Positions 14,599 through 24,755 of a DNA stretch of 64,000 nt are shown here, piece after piece. Each line of letters starts with the position of its first letter. Within the stretch, counting starts at the first letter, position 1. The DNA comes from Chrysomallon squamiferum (lineage: Eukaryota > Animalia > Mollusca), in assembly GCA_012295275.1 (NCBI GenBank), contig CM022665.1:26040001-26104000 (forward strand). Direction: 5' to 3'. The notes under the pieces are model-generated. The model searched no databases. It was given only the letters and a program-made list of their open reading frames with translations, and was not told the DNA's origin. The position numbers and the translations under genes were made by a program.

Positions 14599-16395
14599 CT
14601 TACTTACCTACTTTTATTATACTTATTTTTATTTTTAAATAGTATATGCGATTCTTATTACCTTGTGGGCACCTTTCTATGATGCAGGTGCATGTGCCGT
14701 GAGCGCACACACGTTCATAGGTGTTGTCACAGTGGATGTGAGCGCAGTCCGTGACATTTGTACATGATTCGGATAAAACTGCGCCTGAATAAATAAAAAT
14801 AAATAAATAAAAAAGTAATTAAAAAAAAAAAAAAAAAAAACCCAAAAAAAAACAATATTACTGTTGCTGTTGCTGTTATTAAAAAAGTAAATAAAAAAGT
14901 AATAAAAAAAAGTATTATTATTCATGTTATTTTGTTGTTACTATTGTTGTTGTTGCTGCTGCTGCTGTTGTTGTTGTTATTATTATTATAAAATTTTAAA
15001 AATGCTACGCAGATTCCGAACTAGTGTGTCGTGAGGTCAGATGGATGCTGCGAATTTTCGCGGACATGAAAAAAAAAAATAATAAATAAAAAAATGTAAT
15101 AAACGTTTTATTGAAAATACGGCTTGTGATAAAAATAAAACTGTTGTAAAAGGTCATTTCTGTATTAAACTGTTATGTCCGGATAGCCAACAACAGAATG
15201 GTTAATATACCTCTTCAACAAGACGTTGTTTGTTTTTTCTTTTTTTCTTTTTTATCACAGCCGTGCAAAGTTTCACTATCTTTTCATAAAGAGTACTCGT
15301 AAAGAATTCCAGTGTTTCAGCTCAGAACTCCTCTTTGGGTTTTTTCAAAGATTTCGCTGGTGACTGTTGTATTATTTACTTTTGGAAACCGGCTTTTTCT
15401 TATAGTATTTATTAGAAACATAAATCATTTTGTTCATTATTTTAGGAAATTTTAAAATATGTTTTGCTTCAGGAAAATGATGAATTAATCTTAAACTGGA
15501 GTGTAGTTCTGGGCTTAAAAAGAAAAAAGACAAAACGGCTAGATTTTAACCTTGAGATCGCGGTTTAGGAAAATAAATTTTAAAAAACATGTTATTTTCA
15601 CTTTTACTAAAACGTAAACATATCAACTGATGTGATTTGCCTCATGTCAAAATTAGCATTTTGATTTTTTTTTTTTTTTTTTAAAAACAACAAACAAAAA
15701 AAAAACATTATTATAGACTGCGGGAACTAGATCAAGGTTGTTAATAATAAAGAGATACAACTTTTATGACGGTTATGCAATAATGCTGAGATTCCTTCAG
15801 GTGTGATATGATGGCACAATCATCATAGCTAGAACAACACCAATTGTATCTAATTCCTGCTTTAGTCCGTAAATTTTAAACTCGCATCAGAAAGCAGCTA
15901 GTTCTAAGTTTACGTGAAACACGTAAAAATGAAATGTTTGATTCTAAAGTTTTCACGAAAGATCAATTCGTGTTTGTTAGTGATGCTGAAATCTGGAACT
16001 TGTTGTGGAATTGTTTTAATTTATTTTTTTTATTATTATTTTTTTTTTTCATTTTATTACTTGTTTTATTTATTTACATACTTTTTAATTACTGTTTTTG
16101 GCGTTTAAATATTATGTTACTGATGAAATAATTATATCTATATATTACTGTAACCAATATTTTAAATTAAAAATTTTTAGAGGTCATCCGATAAGCCAAA
16201 TTTTTATCAGGACATATCATACTAAAATTCTTTTTTTGTTTTTTTGTTTTTTGTCTTTTAACTTTTCTTTTTTAATTAAATTTTCACCATTTCAAATAAA
16301 TAAATAAATAAATAAATCTGTTACACATCTATTTAACTAAAACATTTCTTACCAATCAAGGCCATCGCGACGACCATCATCAAAGAAGTCTTCAT
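14191..16395 (-). CDS. Secreted Cys/His-rich peptide, cvSI/I84-like, paralog C (95 aa)
   Basis: Exons 16395-16353, 14784-14662, 14312-14191; phase-1 GT-AG introns. Translation: MKTSLMMVVAMALIGAVLS-ESCTNVTDCAHIHCDNTYERVCAHGTCTCIIERCPQVACSGINHNCQHDATAHGCTCAHDWHCIDGHCACGLTVIG*. Confidence 0.9.
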
Positions 16396-16481
16396 GTTTG
16401 TGAGTTGAGTATTGGTGTTGATGTGAATTTCAAATACAGACACTCTGTTTAACTCTGTATATCATCTTCGTTTTCTATCAT

Positions 16482-16527
16482 CTTTTATATCATTTTCATA
16501 CCTTATCTTTTTATCAATATGACGTAA
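16482..16527 (-). promoter_or_regulatory. Proximal promoter of paralog C: TATA, GATA, TGACGTAA
   Basis: ATATAAAAG (minus) 16482-16490, CTTATCT 16502-16508, TGACGTAA 16520-16527. Confidence 0.55.
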
Positions 16528-17181
16528 AGTGATGACCTCAAAAGAAACAGCTGCACAGTTCCTTGCACATTTTCAGTTCGTGAAACATGAATCGACAAAA
16601 TTGTCTAGCAAAATATATTATGTTTAAAAAAAGGACAACACTTTTCATTTATTTCACAGGTTCCAGGTTGGGTTACGTAGCTGGAGACTAATGTAAATCA
16701 TTTAAGGTATCTCTAATTGCCTAAAGTTTTTATTTTATGTTTAAAACATTTATCTTGTGAAATCACTTATTTTACCAATAAATATCGTAAGTACATTTGT
16801 TTGCAGTGTGTTAGAACATAACTCTGTTACAAGAATTTAGAATAGTGAGAAAAATCTAGCCAACTTAAGGTGGATATGACAATAAAACAAGCTTGAAATT
16901 CTACATAAATCGTGTAAGAGAAACTTAGTTTTTATCTGATTAATCATTTTTAATAAACTAACTAAATATTTTCTGACTATCATACAACTGTGAAAACTAT
17001 TTGCGCTGTTAATGTAGATTTAATTTTTTTTTTTTTTATTATTATTATTTTTTTTTTATTGTTTTTTTTTATTCTAATGAAAGGGGAACAAATTGTTCCC
17101 ATTTGAATAAGGAAAAAAAATTTTTTTAATAGATTCTCAAGTTGGAACTAAGTTCGTCATTTCTAAATACATTTCAAAGAG

Positions 17182-17218
<37 letters not shown>

Positions 17219-17319
17219 GTGAAAATTAATGATTATAATACGCTAATAGAATAACCATTATTATTATTATTATTATTGTTGCTGTATTATTGACTTGATG
17301 ATGATGATGATGATTATTT

Positions 17320-17351
<32 letters not shown>

Positions 17352-17799
17352 TAGTATTCATAATCTTATTATTATTATTATTAATATTTAGTATTCATAA
17401 GAAAAATATCCGGAGGTGCACTTATGCATTCAAAAAAGAAAAAAATAATAAATAAAATAATAAATAAATAAATAAACGAACAAACAAACAAGCTGCAGAA
17501 TATTTTTAAAATGATAAATCGCTACAATGCATTTACTAACAAACCAATGTCAGTTAAATACAAATTAATAATATTATGTTAGGTTTATATCCGAAGCAGT
17601 TCTAAAAAGTAAATTATCATCATCATCATCATTATATATTTTCTTAAACATTTATTTATTTATTTATTTTTGTGTTGGAGGGACGAGTTTTTGTGTTTTT
17701 TTTTTTCATTTTTCATTTTTCACCTTTGTTGTTGATCCAGTTTTTGTTTAACAGCTTGTTCCTTTTTTTATATTCAATTACTATTATTATTATTTATTA

Positions 17800-17849
<50 letters not shown>

Positions 17850-17930
17850 CTTTTTTCTTTTTTATTACTTATTTTGCTTAATTTATTTATTTATTTATTT
17901 TTGCATGTGTGTGTGTGTTTGTGTGCGTGT

Positions 17931-18032
17931 GTGTGGCGCTAATTTTATGGTTTCTTAATTTAATATGGAACTCATGTAAAAAACATCATAAAGCATGTGA
18001 AGACTTATTTATCTCTCCATGGTGGCTTACAT
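17931..18032. repeat. ~100 bp dispersed repeat, copy 1 (copy 2 at 27248-27352)
   Basis: GTGTGGCGCTAAT...GAACTCATGTAAAAAACATYATAAAGCATGTGAAGACTTATTTATCTCTCCWTGGTGGCTTACAT occurs twice in the same orientation, each between a (GT)n and an (ATTT)n tract. Confidence 0.85.
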
Positions 18033-18354
18033 CTTTTTATTTATTTATTTATTTATTTATTACTTTTGTTTTCTTTCTTTCTTTTCTTTTCTTTTCTTTT
18101 CTTTTATTTATTTATGTACGGGGTTTTGGGAAGTTTTGTCTGTGGATGGGTTTTTGTAAACGTATTATTAGAAGTATTTTTTTTAACAGCAACATTCTGC
18201 ATTTCGAGGGATGTTATTATAACAGATATACACAAATACGTAAGTACAATCATACATACATACATATATATGTACATACATGCATGCATGCATACATACA
18301 TACGTACGTACACACATGCATACACACATATACCCACATACATATATACATAAC

Positions 18355-18700
18355 CCAAACTTTAATCTTAACTATAAAGTTTAAACTAAATTTATACATA
18401 ACTCTAACCCTAACCTACTCCTATCCTTAGCCATAACCGCAACCTTACCCTAACCCTAATCCTAACCCAAACTCTAATCCTAGCCCTTGCCCTTACCCTA
18501 ACCCTAATCCTAACACAAACTGTAACCCTAGCCCTTGCCCTTACCCTAACCCTAATCCTAACACAAACTGTAACCCTAGCCCTTGCCCTTGTCCTAACCA
18601 TAACCCAAATAATAAATTTAGTCCTAACCCTAAATCTATCTTTAACTCTGCTGTTATCCCTAATCCTGATTTTAACCCTAACCCTAACTCAAACCCTCAC
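18355..18700. repeat. Degenerate (CCCTAA)n telomere-like tract with an internal 48-bp higher-order duplication
   Basis: Many CCCTAA/CCTAAC variants; the unit CCTAGCCCTTGCCCTTACCCTAACCCTAATCCTAACACAAACTGTAAC is repeated at ~18479-18590. Confidence 0.8.
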
Positions 18701-18750
18701 ACTAATCTATACATATATACGTACATACATACACATACATGCACACATAC

Positions 18751-18803
<53 letters not shown>

Positions 18804-18959
18804 GTGTGTGTGTACACACTTGGCAATTTCACACTTGGCTACTTGGCAATTTCACCCAAACCTTCATAACTGTTGATGCTTTTAGATACATTATTGCTCT
18901 CGATTACAATACAGAGTTTGATAGGTTGTCTTCGACAACATCGTTATGGGACACTAATG

Positions 18960-20044
18960 TAACAGGGTCGTGATGGCTCATCGCGCCCCAGGGTAATTAG
19001 CAACCCATTACGGTCCTATTGGTCATGATCTGAAATAGTGAAACTAGCTAGAAACAGCACATAAGTAAAAAAAAAATATTATTTTATTTTTTTATTATTC
19101 CTGTCATAAATTATATCTGGGATGCACATACTGTAATAAACTAAGGACTGAATTACATGTTCAACACACTAACCTCAGTCTAAGGCATATTGTGCTATTG
19201 ACTCAGTCTCATGGTTTCAGTGTACTTTCAAGAGTCCTAAACTAATGCTGAATCTTATTCAAGATTGAACCCATCAAAATTGCCACTGATTCCCTTCTGC
19301 CTTTTAAGTTTGCACAGCACGTTTAGCACGTTTTAACATCTAAAATCAAATCTGCCTCAGCTGAGCTTATTTCTTCCTGGACAGTCTCAGAAAATGAACA
19401 TGACATCGTGTACCTGGGAGATTTTCTAAGAAATTGAACTTCATAGTCCCCATCGTCATCTTTTGGTTGTGTGATTACACAGATGTAGTGAACAGTGCTC
19501 TTCATTAGCTTTCTGAGAAGAGACCTCTGTCTTTCTTCTGTTCTTTCTTTATATGCATTCTTTTTATACCAGATATAGCCCTCTAGTCTATCCAGAAGAA
19601 AAGTAATACCAGTAATTTATTATCTATCAAATAACATTGATTTTATAGTTCTATATTGCTTTGTAAAGCACTTGAGTCCAATGAGCCACCAAAGCGGCTC
19701 ATCGGACTCCTCAGAAAATAGCTCACTGGTCCTCAAAATCACTTTCATTATGTTAGCCCATTGCACCAGAGAACCATGTATCTGATTGACTAAAACTGTA
19801 TTTAGAAGTCAAAAGAAATATGTATTATCACCTCCATATTAAATTGTAACCAAAATACAAACAAATTACTCAAGGTAGTCAAAAACTAGCTTTTTAACTG
19901 ACGTGTTGATGGCCTGCTCCAAATCTCTCTAAACAATATGGGTGAAGGTCACCTGCATCGACGGTGGATAGATGTATTTACCATTTTGCATTCAGCAATT
20001 TATGGGGTGGCTGTAAGGTCTCCACGGCTCATCAGTCTCCAGTA
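18960..20044 (-). mobile_element. Degenerate DNA transposon remnant (pogo/DDE-like C-terminal fragment)
   Basis: Minus ORF 19323-19505 (HYICVITQPKDDDGDYEVQFLRKS...F...EE) resembles, from recollection, the C-terminal region of pogo-like transposases. A GGCTCATC motif recurs at ~18975, ~19696 and ~20026, and the block is non-microsatellite DNA between (CA)n tracts. No paired TIRs found. Confidence 0.45.
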
Positions 20045-21272
20045 CACAGAAGCACACATACACACACAAAAAAAACAACAACATATATACACGTACATTA
20101 AATACTTACATACCTACATATACTGGACTTTTGTGTGGTCGTATATGATCTGTCCATTCCTAAATATTGTCTATGTGCAGTCTAATCAGACGCAGATAAG
20201 ACAACAGAATATTCACTCCTAAATAAATACATATACATACATAGCATACATTCAAAGAAACATAATTATATTAATACAGAGACACATCTATGAGCTATGT
20301 TTGAAATGAGAAACAGTTTACAACGACAAATAATACGCTTTAGAAAATGTAACAACAGAACAGCAAAAATAATTTCCGTGTCCATAAACTGTTATCTTAA
20401 TTCCGTGAATGATGTTATTCAAAATGTAAGTTCAAAATTATATGTAGCATATCTAATTTAATTAGGAATTATTTAGTTTTATTGCTTGGTTTCATCAGTC
20501 ATCGATTTAATAGTAATAGTATGAAGACTGTTGATAGTAGTTTTGTCTTAGCAATGTCCTTTGACATTTTCAATGTTGTTTTTGGAAAGATAGATAAAAC
20601 AGAGTCACCGAATAATCAGCTATTAGATATAAAGTTGAAATAATAATAGCTGTATGTACACAGAAAGAAAGAAAATAATAACCAGATATTCTCCACAGAG
20701 AAAACAAATATGCATAACAATAAGAAGAACTGAACAAAAAAAAAAAACGATTTATTAAATATTGAATTTTATTTTCTATTTCAAATTTGAAATAAATAAT
20801 ACAACATAAAGACAATATGTTCAGTATAATAACAACATTTTATTTCACGTTTCGCATAATGCCACTGTGTTGTCGTCTGTAGTCCAACCTGAAAATACAA
20901 AATTCAGTAATATATATACACACACACACACACACACACTTCTACATATATCATTCTTCTTTCAATGTAGCTTTTAATGTTTTTATCTATATATCAGTCT
21001 GTTTGTCTATCTGTTTATCTCACTTATTTGTCTTTCTGTTTGATTAATTCTGAATACTCTGAATACAGTAAGTTCCTATTTTTTTCCTTTTATTTTTTTT
21101 TTATTTTTTTATTTCTTTATTTTATTTTTATTTTGTTATTATTATCATTATTTACTTCTTTGTTTGTTTGGTTGTTATTGTTTTTTTTTTTCCTTTTTAT
21201 TATTATTAAAAAATATATTGTTTGTTTGTTTATTTGTTTTGGGGTGAATGGCTTTTTTTTAGTAAAATATAT

Positions 21273-21359
21273 ATTCTGCATTTAAATGAATGAATGAATG
21301 AATGCTTAACGACACCCCAGCACGAAAAACATACCAGCAATTGGGATTCTGCATTTAAA
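21273..21359 (-). mobile_element. 59-bp 5'-truncated retroposon end with 14-bp target-site duplication
   Basis: ATTCTGCATTTAAA at 21273-21286 and 21346-21359 flanks (TGAA)4-TGCTTAACGACACCCCAGCACGAAAAACATACCAGCAATTGGG, giving a (TTCA)n tail on the minus strand. Confidence 0.75.
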
Positions 21360-21445
21360 AGTTTAAAAAAAAAAAAAAAAACCATATATACACTTCTATA
21401 TGAGACGTACCAGGTAGTTTAAATGTTTTGTTTAACATCACCTAC

Positions 21446-22458
21446 CTAACCAATAATTGTGTGGCCACAAGCGCAGTGGCCGTCGATGCAGTGCCAGTCG
21501 TGGGCGCAGTGACAGCCGTGGCGGCCGGCGTCGTGTTGGCAGTTTTGAGGAGTTCCAGGGCAGGAGGCTGCAACAAAGAAAAATTGTTATCCTAACAGAT
21601 TATTTGTTCATCTTTTTGTTTTATTGTTGTTGTTGTTGTTGTTGTTACTGTCGTGGTTGCTGTTTTAAAATTATTATTAAAATAAAAATATTTATCAAAT
21701 TAACAGGCTTTGGATAACTAATTATATTGAAGTATTTACGAATTTTAGTCGTTCATTAGACAAATATCTTCGTCAAAGATTTTTGTGAAATAAAAATAAA
21801 CTTATCAAAATGTCTGACTCTTTAGATACCTTCTCGACATCTGCTAACAATGCATGTACAGACACCTGAGGCGCACACACGTTCATAGTGACCTTCACAC
21901 TGGATGTGATCACAGTCAGAAACCGAAGAACACGATTCTGACATGGCAATGCCTAAACCACAACATAGAAAAATAAATAACAGTGAATAAAACACAACGT
22001 AAAATAACGAAACCTAAAACACATAACACAGAATAACGCGTAAATCAGCATTAAAAAAAAAAGTGGGAAAAAGTGTTCAGTATGAAATATCAGTGAATAA
22101 TGCTTAAAATAAAAAGGTGAAAAAAATATAACAGATTCACACGTAAAACGTAATATAAAAATAACAATGCATGTAATACGGGAATATGCAATAATTAATT
22201 CCAACCCGTTTCTGGTGGGTCAACGACTTTTAGAATTTCTTGGCTCTTTCTAAGGAAATGATTGATTACAAAGAAATTGATCTCAATGCAAATCTTCGAT
22301 TACCCAGAATATTAATATAGGTGAATTTCTTTATTTAGTCTATTTTAAATAAGATATTTAACATTAACAGTGAATCAAAAAAAAAAAAAAGAATAAAAAA
22401 TAAAACATTTCTTACCAATCAAGGCCATCGCGACAACCATCATCAAAGAAGTCTTCAT
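21446..22458 (-). CDS. Secreted Cys/His-rich peptide, cvSI/I84-like, paralog D (95 aa)
   Basis: Exons 22458-22416, 21952-21830, 21567-21446. Translation: MKTSLMMVVAMALIGIAMS-ESCSSVSDCDHIQCEGHYERVCASGVCTCIVSRCREASCPGTPQNCQHDAGRHGCHCAHDWHCIDGHCACGHTIIG*. Probable non-coding 3' exon starts at 20888 (TTTTCAG acceptor) with AATAAA at 20839-20844. Confidence 0.9.
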
Positions 22459-22544
22459 GTTTGTGAGCTGAGTATTGGTGTTGATGTGAATTTCAAATAC
22501 AGACACTCTGTTTAACTCTGTATATCATCTTCGTTTTCTATCAT

Positions 22545-22601
22545 CTTTTATATCATTTTCATACCTTATCTCTTTATGTACATGACGTAAAACTGTTATC
22601 T
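22545..22601 (-). promoter_or_regulatory. Proximal promoter of paralog D: TATA, GATA, TGACGTAA, GATA
   Basis: ATATAAAAG (minus) ~22545-22553, CTTATCT 22565-22571, TGACGTAA 22583-22590, TTATCT 22596-22601. Confidence 0.55.
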
Positions 22602-23722
22602 CCTAAAACGCAGCTGTATTAATTCCTAACATTGTTTCGTGAGTCGTGAAAATTGCATGGATCTTTCACAGACAGATAAGAAATAAATTCCACTGTTATC
22701 AATTCTTCCAAAAACTCACACAGTTCAAAAGTTCTTTCAAGTGAATAAAGTTCATGGCTTTCCAGATATGACAGGCAAAGGTCTAAATGAAATATCTACG
22801 TTAATTAAGCTTTGAATTTAGTTACATTTCACGAGTAAGTATCGTATGTACATGCTGAGTATATAAGAACATAAATCTTTTGTTTCGAAAAATATTCAAG
22901 AATACAAGTCCAAGAAAATGGACCATCCAAGCATTTATATATTTTAAAATATGTTAGTGTTAATTGCTTCGTGAAAAGAAACAAAACTTTAAAATCCAAA
23001 TAGATTTTAATATCCTATTTATTAATAAAATCAGAATTTTAAATGATTAAGCACGAAAAATTTAGAGTAATTAAATTCATTAAGTTAATGTCCCCTGTGT
23101 GTGTATGCATTAATCTTGCACAGTTACACAAAACAGTTGAATTTTATTATTTAGTTTTTTAGTCAGATATTATGATGCAAAGCTATACTTCTGAATTGCG
23201 AGAATTATACAAAGTAAAATACTGGTGCTAGAATTAAGTATTTGATTAGATATATGAATGTATATTGATTATCGTAATATTGATTTAATAATAACCTGCA
23301 ATACAAACAAATACTCGTTATAAGGGAAGCAGACTAATAGAAGAATTAGCTATAATAAGGATGAGACAACAAAAATATACTAATAAAATAAAATTATTTA
23401 TTTAAAAATACGCACGAAAACAAGTGGATAAATAAATGTATAATTTATTTTCTATTTGTGAGAAAAATAACAAAACTTCGACAATATGTTCATAATAATT
23501 CTTTATTTCGTGAATTCATATTTCATTTCGACCATTTTGCTCATCGCTTATTTCCTTACCTGAAAATAAAATGAAACAAAATTAAAAATTAAAAATGAAA
23601 AAAAATAAACATTATCATAATCGTAATTCGTACGTCAGTCAGTATATTCATTATACAGTTATTAACAGCAAGCATTTAAAATTCGTTTAAATGTTTTAAT
23701 TCTGTCGTTTAACATTACCTAC

Positions 23723-23928
23723 CTAACCAATAATTTGGTATCCACATGCGCAGTGGCCGTCGATGCAGTGCCAGTCGTGGACGCAGTGACAGCCGTGGCG
23801 GCCGGCGTCGTGTTGACAGTTGTGAGGAGTTCCAGAGCAGGCGGCTGCAACAATGTAAACATTTTGTTTTGTCTTAAGTTTTAGTTAAATTTCCTTAACA
23901 TATTCTTTGATCATTGTCTGTTTTATTA

Positions 23929-23965
<37 letters not shown>

Positions 23966-24221
23966 GTCCACTGTATTTAGAACTGTATTACAAAAAAAAT
24001 CACAATCAGTGTTTAATGACTGAAAGGAAAAAAACAAAAATATAAATGAATGGAGTAATAAAGGGAACGGCAATCGAATAAAATGTGAAATTTCCATATC
24101 ATATCAAAGAATAATAATAATAACAATAACAACAACACCACCAATAATACACCAACCTCATTTATTGCTGCTGCTACAACCACTACAGCTACTACGAATA
24201 CTACTACTACTATTATTACTA

Positions 24222-24295
<74 letters not shown>

Positions 24296-24606
24296 TTATT
24301 ATTATTACTATACCACTACTACTACTACTATTATTCATGGTTGGATTAACCATTAAACAAAATAAGCACATACTTACAGTATCAAGAGAAAAGGGGCACC
24401 ACAAAAAACAAAATACAAAAAACAAAGGTTCCCCAGCCGCATAATTTATTTTCCTAGTATCGGATTTGAGGTCGTGAAGATTTTGTACTTTAAAAAAGTA
24501 GCAGAAAACGTTTTAAGATTAAATAAGTGGCCAACAGTATGCACTATTATCGCTTTGAAATAAAAGACGATTTATTTGTTTAAGAACGATCCTACTTCTA
24601 CTACTA

Positions 24607-24639
<33 letters not shown>

Positions 24640-24755
24640 ATAATAATAATAATAATAATAATAGTAATAACCAACATGATAAGCAGCTGGTAAATAAACA
24701 GATATACATTACCTATTAAAGCCACAAGACTAGCAAAAAAGAGAGTTATTTTCAT
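23723..24755 (-). CDS. Short secreted Cys/His-rich peptide, paralog E (54 aa), lacking the middle exon; may be a pseudogene
   Basis: Signal exon 24755-24713 (43 nt, G|GTAAT donor) and terminal coding exon 23844-23723 (122 nt, intact acceptor and stop). No exon-2 homolog seen in the 868-nt intron. Direct splicing is in frame: MKITLFFASLVALIAACSG-TPHNCQHDAGRHGCHCVHDWHCIDGHCACGYQIIG*. 3' exon from 23559 with AATAAA at 23502-23507. Confidence 0.7.

Noticed and set aside
14221-21717. Plus-strand ORFs 14221-14496 and 21457-21717
   Set aside because: Antisense readings of the last coding exons of paralogs C and D.
23820-23832. ATCUN (Xaa-Xaa-His) motif at the predicted mature N-terminus of paralog E (T-P-H)
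   Set aside because: Proline at position 2 lacks the backbone amide NH needed for ATCUN coordination.
24370-24455. Possible substitute middle exon for paralog E (GTAAGT donor on minus strand near 24378)
   Set aside because: No good pyrimidine tract or acceptor, and no similarity to exon 2 of the other paralogs.
4623-24755. Metallothionein identity for the Cys-rich cluster
   Set aside because: Signal peptides, aromatic residues and cvSI-like Cys spacing indicate secreted disulfide-bonded peptides, not cytosolic metallothioneins.
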